The position numbers and the translations under genes are program-made. From Octopus sinensis (taxonomy: Eukaryota): 64,000 nucleotides of DNA. Each line of letters starts with the position of its first letter. Positions within the stretch are counted from its first letter, which is position 1. The notes beneath the pieces were generated by a model. The model did not search any database. It worked only from the letters and a program-made list of their open reading frames with translations, and had not been told where the DNA came from. Location: contig NC_043004.1 of the NCBI RefSeq assembly GCF_006345805.1, positions 74,896,001 through 74,960,000 of the forward strand. Reading direction: 5' to 3'. Below, piece by piece: positions 58,352 to 63,112 of the stretch.

Positions 58352-61164
58352 CAATGGGCTTCCATACAGTTCCTGTTTGCTAAATTTGCTTATGGTAATG
58401 GAATAAATAAATATTTTAATAATCACTACTTTACAGAAAAGAAAAAAAATGCAAACTCCAAACAAAGAATACTTACTCGATCGCATCAAAGTGGGCATCT
58501 GCCCACCACATCCGTTGACTCTCGAAATCAATAGTTAAACCAGTTGGTAAGCCGAGACCATCTATGATCAAACGTTCATAGTTTGAGCCATCCATGCCAA
58601 TCCTTCCTATCCATGCTTTCGAGGGAATATCGATAAAGTACAAGTACCTTTAAAAAGAATGATTAATTGTATTTATCAAAGTGATGAGGAAGAGAATAAC
58701 GAAAATGAAATTGATAAAAAAATGGTAAGGAAAATGATGAGCATAGCAGTTTCAAACGTTGGTCCAAGACCAGCCGTTTTGAAGGGCAGGGTGCAGGTTG
58801 ATTATAGTCTTTTCTACTCTAGGCACAAGGCCTGAAATTTTGGGGGAGGTGGGGCAGTCAATTAGATTGACCCCCAGTATGCAACTGGTACTTTTCCTGC
58901 CGGCTCTCCACCTGTTATTAGACTATATTGATGCCAGTACTTGATTTTTAACTATCCAAGAGGGACCGAAAGGTAAAGTTGAACTAGGTGGCTCTGGAAC
59001 TCTGAGTATAACAAGCTGGAACATATATCCCAAGACATTCTTCCTAATTATCTAACAATTTTGCTAATTCATCACCCTAATAAGGAATATAATAATGATG
59101 ATGATGATGATGTTAAAATTGAAGCTCAGTACTTTGAGCTAACCACAAACTAATCAGTAAATTTTCTGGCTAAGTGAACAAGGCTGTTGTGAGTTAGGTA
59201 CCCTGGGCTTGGTACTAAGAACTGGATGATCTGCAACCTGTGAACTGGTTTCTGTCCCTTCCTGTCAATAGACTTCTATTATAACTCATTGTGCATGAAG
59301 ATGTCAGTTGAACATTTAGCACCAACTCTCCAGTTTCTGAATTTATTCGCAGCCAGGACTGACTTCATATTCCTCCCCAGCTTCACCACACTTCCAGAAG
59401 AGATATAAATAATTAACTTTCTGGTGAAGCCGATTATTATTAATGGCATCAAAATTAATGACAGAATTTTTAGGGTGATGTCAACTGCTTTTCTAAGGTT
59501 TCCAGAATTCTTGAGGAGGGAATGAGAAGGGAGGAAAACACCTACAATTCTTGCATACTAAGGTATTAAGTTCTCAAAGCAGAGAACTAAACTTGTTAAA
59601 GAGTGGACACCCACTAAAAGTTACATTATTTACATTTGATGGATATTTGTCCTCATCCAGCTGGAGAGTACATCAGCCAAAATGTTGTGTTAACAACAAA
59701 CAAGATGAGGACAAATATCAATCAAATGTAAATAATGTAAATAATGTACATAATTCCTCATCTCTTAAATATAGAACTGTACCACTAAAAGTTACCTGAA
59801 ATATATATATATATCATCTCTTTGATCAGTTCTTGCATTTTTCAAACAAGATTTTCTTGAAACCTACAACTGATAAGACTGGTTACGCAATTTCCATAGC
59901 ATATAAGTGACCAAGAGCACAACATTTCCCCTGAATGGGATGCCAGTCCATTGGCGGATTCAGGCTTAGAAATGAGGAGTCAGTCATATTGGCTCCAGCT
60001 CTTGACCACTACTTTATTTTATTAACCCAAAATGGATGCCTGTTGATTGGAGGGTTCAAACTTAGATATGAGGAGCAGTCACACTGACTCCAGTATATGA
60101 CTGGTACTTTATTTTATTAATCCAGAAAGGATGAAAGGCCAAGCTGACCTCAATGGGATCTGAACTCAGAACGTAAAGAGTGAGAAGAAATTCTGTTATG
60201 CTGCTAAGCATTTCGCCTGAGGTGCTAACGAGTCTCATAATTCATTATTTCCAGCTTTCCCATAGTTTCTGCCGATCCAGTGTCATTGACAAGGTTTGGC
60301 TCACACAAAGTCTATAGTAGAAGTTATTTGCTCCGGGTTCCACAGAAAAGGATTGCATCCAGAATCCCTTGACTGCAAAGCAAAATTCTCAATCACATGG
60401 TCATGCTGGCACCCAACAACTGACAATATTTGACCCCTTTCTTACCAAATTCTTGCTGAGATGCCTTGTGATTCTTTCAATTCATTTTAAATATAACAAA
60501 GAATTTAGTAAAATAACTTCGTTATCATTAAGCTAATGTTAGGAACATGAATTCTGACTAAAATTTGGTGCAAGATTTTAATTCAGAACTTATGAAAACA
60601 AGACATTTGTACTACAGATCCAGAGGTAGTTTCAGCCGGGTTGGTATTAAAAGGGTTCATCAGCCGTTTTATAATGAACGGACTTGTACAGGGTTGTTTG
60701 ACTTGCTAGAAATAGCAATCAAAATCCTCCTCAAATCCCATCCTGCTTTCTGAAAAAGAAAGGCTACATTGGGAATGCTGGGGGGGGGGGATGATGGAAT
60801 GGTCATACTTGGAATGTCTTAGATGATACACAAAGTTTTACTGACTTATTGATTTTTAGTGTTCATTGTGTGAAAGTAGATATAATTTCCTAAAAAGCAA
60901 AAACCAGATCAATGTCAACAGATCTGATCAGAACCTTACGGATTCATAACAAATTTGTAGGGTTTAACACACGTCTCAAGCATTCAGTTTTCTAGCATGA
61001 ATAAATGTGCTTAAAAACATGAAGGGGACACATACCCTGTAGGTGGATAGGCGACTAAGAAAGAAACGTGATAAAACAAATGGGTATCTAGTGTTCTTAG
61101 ACTGGTTCCATTCAGCTCTGAGACGAATAAAGATTGAGTAAACCACCGATTCCAATATAATTTA
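13143..61164 (-). CDS. LRP2: LRP2/megalin-like gene, 5'-partial spliced CDS (23 exons in window)
   Basis: All 23 exons have GT-AG ends and compatible phases (3826 nt). The domain order YWTD-EGF-11xLDLa-EGF-cbEGF-YWTD-EGF-EGF-TM fits megalin rather than LRP1, which has more juxtamembrane EGFs. Segments such as [20 protein letters not shown] and [12 protein letters not shown] resemble human LRP2 as recalled ([32 protein letters not shown]). Orthology is not tested by search. Confidence 0.92.
13560..14125 (-). mobile_element. Degenerate RTE-BovB-type LINE 3' fragment
   Basis: Broken frames give [16 protein letters not shown]...[14 protein letters not shown], and [15 protein letters not shown] (C-terminal Zn-finger-like motif). 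Confidence 0.65.
14599..14704 (-). CDS. LRP2: LRP2-like exon, cytoplasmic tail (alternative in-frame acceptor would start at 14731)
   Basis: ctctag|G ... ATT|gtgagt; 106 nt, phase 2/0; [35 protein letters not shown]. Confidence 0.85.
15200..15480 (-). mobile_element. RTE LINE endonuclease-region remnant
   Basis: [28 protein letters not shown] resembles the QHRLVV.D end of RTE APE domains. Confidence 0.45.
15514..15718. repeat. Palindromic foldback element (arms about 100 bp)
   Basis: ataggcagaaatagaagttgaaaatacactgaaaatag... / ...ctattttcagtgtattttcaacttctattttgcctat. Confidence 0.92.
15838..16122. repeat. Foldback element (arms about 118 bp, spacer about 50 bp)
   Basis: gggaattaccactatgtggaaaccctta...ttctctagaaaatttagcaaacaccagaaa and its reverse complement. 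Confidence 0.92.
16359..16446 (-). CDS. LRP2: LRP2-like exon, transmembrane helix
   Basis: aaacag|AG ... AG|gtaaga; 88 nt, phase 1/2; [28 protein letters not shown]. Confidence 0.93.
17222..17287 (-). CDS. LRP2: LRP2-like exon, end of last EGF plus stalk
   Basis: ttcaag|GC ... A|gtaagt; 66 nt, phase 1/1; [22 protein letters not shown] supplies the missing sixth Cys. Confidence 0.9.
17463..17868. repeat. Palindromic foldback element (arms about 200 bp)
   Basis: tatgaaagaaggtttgaaaatacaattttaaaaga... / ...tcttttaaaattgcattttcaaatcttctttcata. Confidence 0.92.
18197..18235 (+). ncRNA. Minimal type I hammerhead ribozyme motif
   Basis: gtct CTGATGA tgg-aatatc-tca GAA ACAGCTGT A agac; intact core, perfect palindromic stem III, GUA site. 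Confidence 0.7.
18721..19270. repeat. (AG)n followed by degenerate (TG)n tract
   Basis: Direct reading. Confidence 0.95.
19311..19409 (-). CDS. LRP2: LRP2-like exon, juxtamembrane EGF (N-terminal part)
   Basis: cattag|CA ... G|gtaaga; 99 nt, phase 1/1; [33 protein letters not shown]. Confidence 0.93.
19644..20527. repeat. 26/22-bp variant minisatellite, 34 units, 152-bp higher-order repeat
   Basis: Constant ctggtgccac plus five linker types; catgagaagtg recurs at 20061, 20213 and 20365. Confidence 0.95.
20986..21038 (-). ncRNA. Type I hammerhead ribozyme motif, left arm of palindrome, sense to LRP2 pre-mRNA
   Basis: gagcttc CTGATGA t-ttc-tctt-gaa-t GAA ACAG-ttctagtc-CTGT A gaagctc; 7-bp stem I, 4-bp stem III, GUA site. 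Confidence 0.72.
21041..21096 (+). ncRNA. Type I hammerhead motif, right arm of palindrome, core G8 mutated (CTGATTA)
   Basis: Mirror copy of 20986-21038 with 8-bp stem I ggagcttc/gaagctcc. Confidence 0.55.
21317..21398. repeat. About 80-bp palindrome
   Basis: gcgagaaagaagcaacaagaatggataggtttt / aaaacctatccattcttgttgcttctttctcgc. Confidence 0.9.
21745..22005. repeat. Interrupted (TA)n tract (similar at 28755-29015, 37775-38055, 49310-49435)
   Basis: Direct reading. Confidence 0.95.
22201..22338. repeat. About 135-bp palindrome
   Basis: tataacattttttttt..aatgagataacaaac.aaggctgtgtagattttagaa and its reverse complement. Confidence 0.88.
23143..23268 (-). CDS. LRP2: LRP2-like exon, EGF
   Basis: gtgtag|TC ... 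G|gtaaga; 126 nt, phase 1/1; [41 protein letters not shown]. Confidence 0.95.
23498..23880. repeat. Local tandem duplication (about 200-bp unit bounded by AG microsatellite)
   Basis: ggagttcaagatgag....catg.taggcttggtgacaggcaatgaataaaaaaa.ccacta occurs at about 23507 and 23713. Confidence 0.85.
23911..24084 (-). CDS. LRP2: LRP2-like exon, YWTD propeller end
   Basis: tttcag|CA ... G|gtaagt; 174 nt, phase 1/1; [58 protein letters not shown]. Confidence 0.92.
25063..25286 (-). CDS. LRP2: LRP2-like exon, YWTD x2
   Basis: tttcag|C ... G|gtatca; 224 nt, phase 2/1; [28 protein letters not shown]...[29 protein letters not shown]. Confidence 0.95.
26060..27290 (-). mobile_element. RTE LINE 3' fragment interrupted by an 18-bp minisatellite
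   Basis: [21 protein letters not shown]...EKLGRRGTR-(array)[44 protein letters not shown]. Confidence 0.8.
26323..26968. repeat. 18-bp minisatellite (tacatctggtgcctcttg)n, about 36 copies
   Basis: Direct reading. Confidence 0.97.
27700..27828 (-). CDS. LRP2: LRP2-like exon, YWTD
   Basis: taacag|G ... GG|gtaggc; 129 nt, phase 2/2; [43 protein letters not shown]. Confidence 0.95.
29210..29960 (-). mobile_element. RTE LINE C-terminus plus 3'UTR
   Basis: [50 protein letters not shown] followed by the shared 3'UTR and (GAT)n tail. Confidence 0.8.
29506..29690. repeat. About 40-bp degenerate tandem repeat (ccatgaggcccaacacttgaaagg..ctcagccacttt), about 5 copies
   Basis: Direct reading. Confidence 0.75.
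30633..30909 (-). CDS. LRP2: LRP2-like exon, start of last YWTD propeller
   Basis: ttacag|AG ... GG|gtaaat; 277 nt, phase 1/2; [19 protein letters not shown]...[17 protein letters not shown]...[15 protein letters not shown]. Confidence 0.93.
30953..31155. mobile_element. piggyBac-like MITE with TTAA TSD (related partial copies near 45380-45870 and 47208-47840)
   Basis: TTAA-CCCTTTAGCATT ... AATGCTAAAGGG-TTAA. Confidence 0.85.
31615..31746 (-). CDS. LRP2: LRP2-like exon, calcium-binding EGF
   Basis: tttcag|AT ... A|gtaagt; 132 nt, phase 1/1; [44 protein letters not shown]. Confidence 0.95.
31855..32145. repeat. (CAT/CAC)n tract with internal catccattatcatc modules
   Basis: Direct reading. 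Confidence 0.9.
32344..32484 (-). CDS. LRP2: LRP2-like exon, EGF
   Basis: ctacag|TT ... G|gtaggt; 141 nt, phase 1/1; [46 protein letters not shown]. Confidence 0.93.
32603..32711. repeat. Small MITE-like element with 18-bp inverted ends
   Basis: ataacatggcagtcctgg / ccaggactgccatgttat. Confidence 0.7.
33340..33465 (-). CDS. LRP2: LRP2-like exon, last (11th) LDLa repeat
   Basis: ccttag|GC ... A|gtaagt; 126 nt, phase 1/1; [41 protein letters not shown]. Confidence 0.95.
34140..34975 (+). mobile_element. tRNA-derived SINE with internal (TA)/(TG) microsatellite, interrupted by a Tc1-like MITE
   Basis: Head ttgcttcccaaccacatggtcccaggttcagtccca, body cttgggtaagtgcttctactatagcc, tail ccagtatggccgcagtctaatgactgaaacaaataaaaga. 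Confidence 0.75.
34327..34706. mobile_element. Tc1-like MITE
   Basis: 26-bp TIRs cacttgcgtcagaaattaattagcac / gtgctaattaatttctgacggtagtg (2 mismatches), TA flanks. Confidence 0.85.
35500..35830 (+). mobile_element. Third tRNA-derived SINE family (copies at 46655-46930 +; 14130-14410, 31390-31560, 41200-41500, 45440-45750 -)
   Basis: gttcgattcc B-box, ccttgagcaagacact, ctccagtccactc.gctggtaaaaatgag, ctgagaactac, tgtggagtactcagccactt shared between copies. Confidence 0.75.
35930..36110 (+). mobile_element. LINE 3' end fragment sharing its tail with the SINE at 38057
   Basis: [13 protein letters not shown]-like ORF end followed by gaagcgcattgtgaccag...ctgatagtctggt...gtgata. Confidence 0.5.
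36973..37180 (-). CDS. LRP2: LRP2-like exon, half LDLa plus LDLa
   Basis: aataag|GTC ... T|gtaagt; 208 nt, phase 0/1; [69 protein letters not shown]. Confidence 0.95.
37252..37420 (-). mobile_element. PLE-type LTR-like repeat with decayed hammerhead (second copy 38812-38975)
   Basis: The two copies align (aaacaaaagacgaag..ggtgg.gtac, cgctcag.aataga, gtctttta.gttt.gagccta.gctctt..acagaaag). Confidence 0.55.
38057..38363 (+). mobile_element. tRNA(Arg-like)-derived SINE, full length, flanked by (TA)n
   Basis: Head ggaggcacaatgacccagtggttagggcagcagacttgcggtc...gtttcgaatccc; tail gcgcattgtgaccagcgatgtgtagcaacatctgatagtctggtcggtcacggtgata. Confidence 0.75.
38492..38796 (+). mobile_element. Non-autonomous Helitron/Helentron-like element (Lep1/DINE-type ends)
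   Basis: 5' actagcagtatcgcccggtgttgcttggg; 3' acagacacacacacaactttagttttatatataaagat; inserted in (TA)n. Confidence 0.55.
38905..38942 (-). ncRNA. Minimal hammerhead-like motif with CUGUUGA core variant
   Basis: tcttt CTGTTGA a gagc-atag-gctc GAAA CG TA aaaga; perfect stems I and II; decayed sister copy at 37346-37383. Confidence 0.6.
39365..39812 (+). mobile_element. Mariner transposase 3' fragment with frameshifts
   Basis: [15 protein letters not shown]...[28 protein letters not shown]...RDYVEK*; HDN and YSPDLAP DD34D motifs. Confidence 0.88.
39889..40038. repeat. 150-bp palindrome with hammerhead-like arms
   Basis: tatttaaaagcagcaggaatataac...ggacagttttgttaacaaaactgtcc...gttatatttctgctgcttttaaata. 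Confidence 0.9.
40669..40841 (-). CDS. LRP2: LRP2-like exon, LDLa plus first half of next LDLa
   Basis: ttctag|CT ... ACT|gtgaga; 173 nt, phase 1/0; [57 protein letters not shown]. Confidence 0.95.
41765..41887 (-). CDS. LRP2: LRP2-like exon, LDLa repeat
   Basis: ctttag|AA ... G|gtaagt; 123 nt, phase 1/1; [40 protein letters not shown]. Confidence 0.95.
42447..42692 (-). CDS. LRP2: LRP2-like exon, two LDLa repeats
   Basis: ttacag|CT ... A|gtatga; 246 nt, phase 1/1; [81 protein letters not shown]. Confidence 0.95.
43626..44981. mobile_element. 1.36-kb non-autonomous TIR transposon with TA TSD (Tc1/pogo-like)
   Basis: TA-ccgtaaaaacccatgtaatt...aattacatgggtttttacag-TA; no recognisable transposase. 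Confidence 0.7.
45089..45214 (-). CDS. LRP2: LRP2-like exon, LDLa repeat
   Basis: atccag|TT ... G|gtaagt; 126 nt, phase 1/1; [41 protein letters not shown]. Confidence 0.95.
47320..47720 (+). mobile_element. Full-length young copy of the microsatellite-containing SINE (others: 4090-4880, 10560-10720, 14860-15000, 18255-18620, 22500-22925, 43385-43545, 45955-46310, 54890-55260, 61300-61520)
   Basis: gtggctgtgtggtaagtagcttgcttgccaaccacatggttccgggttcagtcccactgcgtggcaccttgggcaagtg...(TA)n(TG)n...gcagtcaaatgactgaaacaagtaaaagag. Confidence 0.85.
47905..48144 (-). CDS. LRP2: LRP2-like exon, two LDLa repeats
   Basis: ttttag|CG ... A|gtgaga; 240 nt, phase 1/1; [16 protein letters not shown]...[28 protein letters not shown]...[13 protein letters not shown]. 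Confidence 0.95.
49094..49137 (+). ncRNA. Minimal hammerhead-like motif, slightly degenerate
   Basis: gggac CT(T)GAAGA c-tgc-tttaat-gca-a GAA AATATACT A gtccc; perfect 5-bp stem I, near-palindromic stem III. Confidence 0.5.
49790..52240 (+). mobile_element. Internally deleted RTE LINE (APE start, RT remnant, Cys-rich insert, C-terminus, 3'UTR)
   Basis: TVNVDTLK...[21 protein letters not shown]; GVHQGSV; VNLAKTKVL...WLCSICRKG...[10 protein letters not shown]; VDSFRYLG...[13 protein letters not shown]; stops and frameshifts throughout. Confidence 0.88.
50578..50752. repeat. 175-bp palindrome inserted in (TA)n within the RTE remnant
   Basis: tataggaaaatgtgttg.tgaaaatgcacttaaatttcaaaaactcgtgaatg and its reverse complement. 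Confidence 0.92.
52287..52529 (-). CDS. LRP2: LRP2-like exon, EGF plus first LDLa of cluster IV
   Basis: ttacag|AT ... C|gtaaga; 243 nt, phase 1/1; [31 protein letters not shown]...[37 protein letters not shown]. Confidence 0.95.
53029..53671. repeat. 29-30-bp minisatellite (caagacctcatggaggcaagacaaatgac)n, about 22 copies
   Basis: Direct reading; a variant block repeats at 53313 and 53488. Confidence 0.95.
55314..55537 (-). CDS. LRP2: LRP2-like exon, YWTD propeller end
   Basis: tttgtag|A ... T|gttagt; 224 nt, phase 2/1; [52 protein letters not shown]...FHSLRQKQ. Confidence 0.93.
56640..58320 (-). mobile_element. Fragmented RTE LINE, same family as 49790-52240
   Basis: [12 protein letters not shown]...[28 protein letters not shown]; IDSFCYLG...RIGWAKFRQ; [17 protein letters not shown]; shared 3'UTR. 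Confidence 0.8.
58477..58647 (-). CDS. LRP2: LRP2-like exon, YWTD propeller
   Basis: tttaaag|G ... GA|gtaagt; 171 nt, phase 2/2; [57 protein letters not shown]. Confidence 0.93.
59625..59781 (+). mobile_element. 5'-truncated copy of the same PLE-type repeat with inverted 5' segment and 14-bp TSD
   Basis: ccactaaaagttac at 59611-59624 and 59782-59795; 59625-59657 is the reverse complement of an internal part of the element. Confidence 0.75.
61036..61164 (-). CDS. LRP2: LRP2-like exon, YWTD propeller
   Basis: tttcag|T ... GG|gtatgt; 129 nt, phase 2/2; [43 protein letters not shown]. Confidence 0.85.
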
Positions 61165-61456
61165 CTGAAAGAGAAAAAAGAAAAGGATTAAAATGGATGC
61201 AATTAGTAAGAGAAAAGGAAACGAAGCAAGAAGAATTTCATGTGCAGTGGAAGGAAAAGAGTCGGGAATTGAGTAGCAGACAGACCAAAAATAAAAGGAG
61301 CTGGTATGACTGTGTGGTTAAGAACTTGCTTCCCAACCGTATCGTCTTGGGTTCAATCCCTCTGTATGGCACCTCAAGCAAGTGTCTTCTATTAAAGCAC
61401 TGGATGACCAAAGCCTTGTGAGTGGGATTTCGTCAATGGAAATTGAAAAAAAAACA

Positions 61457-61499
<43 letters not shown>

Positions 61500-61529
61500 T
61501 GTGTATGCACACACACACACACACACATA

Positions 61530-62210
61530 TTTCAATACGGAGCAAACAATTCACGAGAAAAATAATTCACAAGAAAATATTTGCGAAGATAACATTGACT
61601 CTATTATTATCTAGTATAACAATTTCAAAATGATAATAATGAAATTAATAATATAGGTGATTGCAGGCTCCCACAAAAAAAGCCTTAAAATAACTGAAGG
61701 ATTAAAATTTATCAAAGGGCATACCCAAGTGTGTCTAACTGCTGGAAAAAAACAGTCAAACTCTGTGATCCAGTGCAAAACGAATCAATTGCAGTGCAGA
61801 CTTCAACTTGACGAGTTGGGGCTCTCCATCATAGTAACGTGTGCTGAGGAAGGTGAGGCTATAATGCCAGTCCAGAAACCAGTCCACATGATTTCAAATA
61901 CTTAAATGTATGCTGAGAGATTGTCTTAGCCCGTTTGCCTTTGGACATTTGATTTCTTTAGTTATTATCAGTGTATTTTGACGATTTAAATAAGAGATTT
62001 GACTGTTATTTCCAGCAGTTAGACATACTTAGTATGTCCTCTGATTAATTTTAATCCTTCAGCTATTTTGATGCTTTTTTTGGGACTGCAATCACCTATG
62101 TTATTGATTCCATTATTATCATTTTGAAATTGTTATACTAGATAATAGCAGAGTCAATGATATCTTCGCAAATATTTTCTTGTGAATTATTTGCTCCATA
62201 TTGAAATTAT
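61530..62210. repeat. Inverted repeat pair (arms about 180 bp, spacer about 310 bp)
   Basis: aataattcacaagaaaatatttgcgaagat...ctgaaggattaaaatt at 61561-61690 mirrored at 62035-62195. Confidence 0.85.
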
Positions 62211-62397
62211 TTTCACACTGGTGGCTGCCATGATTTGGTGTAAAATGAATTAGTTACAGCGCAGACTTCAATACGAAGGGTTGGGGCTCTCTGTCATGGT
62301 AACGCTTATGTCCTAGTATGTTCTTTGATTAATTCTATAAATATATATATAGATAGATAGATGGATAGGATAAATAGATAGATATGTCCAGTCAATG

Positions 62398-62456
62398 GGG
62401 TTACCCTAGGTTTCATGGTCATAAAGCGCTTAACTTCACAGCATTTCTTCAGATCC
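62398..62456 (-). ncRNA. Hammerhead-like motif with extended stem II, left arm of palindrome
   Basis: ggat CTGAAGA a atg...cat GAAA cctaggg TA accc. Confidence 0.5.
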
Positions 62457-62489
62457 AAAAGCCTGTTGGCTTATGGCCAATGGATTTTA

Positions 62490-62548
62490 GGGTCTGAAGA
62501 AATGCTGTAAAGCTCAGCGCTTTATGGATGTGAAATCCAGGGTAATCC
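62490..62548 (+). ncRNA. Hammerhead-like motif with extended stem II, right arm of palindrome
   Basis: gggt CTGAAGA aatgctg-taaagc-tcagc-gcttta-tggatgt GAAA tccaggg TA atcc. Confidence 0.5.
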
Positions 62549-63112
62549 CGTAGACCAGCCATAACTATTTTTATCTATATACTCTTCTGCTTTATAACAT
62601 AGTGTGTGCTCCTCTTTCAGATTTATGATTTACCACTCCAAGAGTACACCCACTACACTCTCGGAGTAGTTGGTGTTAGGAAGGGCATCCAGCTGTAGAA
62701 AACTTGCCAGACCAGATTGGAGCCTGGTGCAGCCTCCTGGCTTGCCAGTCCTCAGTCTATAGATAAAGATAGTCATGGCTGGTCTACGGGAGTACCCTGG
62801 GTTTCACATCCATAAAGTGTTTAGCTTTATGGATGTGAATTATGTCCGTATTCCTGAGATGATTACAGAGTAGTCCTTAGTATCCATTGGCATCTGGCAG
62901 GTCATCTTCATGTGTTCATTTCTTCAGACATGCAGAATGTGACCATTTCACTCTTGGAATGGCTGTCATTAGGAAGGGCATCCAGCTGTAGAAACCATGT
63001 CAAACATTTCTAATAGAAAAGCAGAAGACACCAGAAGCAAAAATAAGGAATATACATGCACAGTTAAATATAGAAGTGTAAAGTGTAATTTGCTATATAA
63101 TCTCTATAATAA

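Larger units (their letters stand above)
62385..62840. repeat. Three-armed palindromic element interrupted by an RTE-3'UTR repeat
   Basis: 62398-62460 mirrors 62485-62550; 62545-62582 mirrors 62757-62800; 62640-62757 is an inserted repeat. Confidence 0.8.

Noticed and set aside
61165-63110. A further upstream LRP2 exon
   Set aside because: No open, GT-AG bounded YWTD-like segment ending in phase 2 was found; the next exon probably lies beyond the window.
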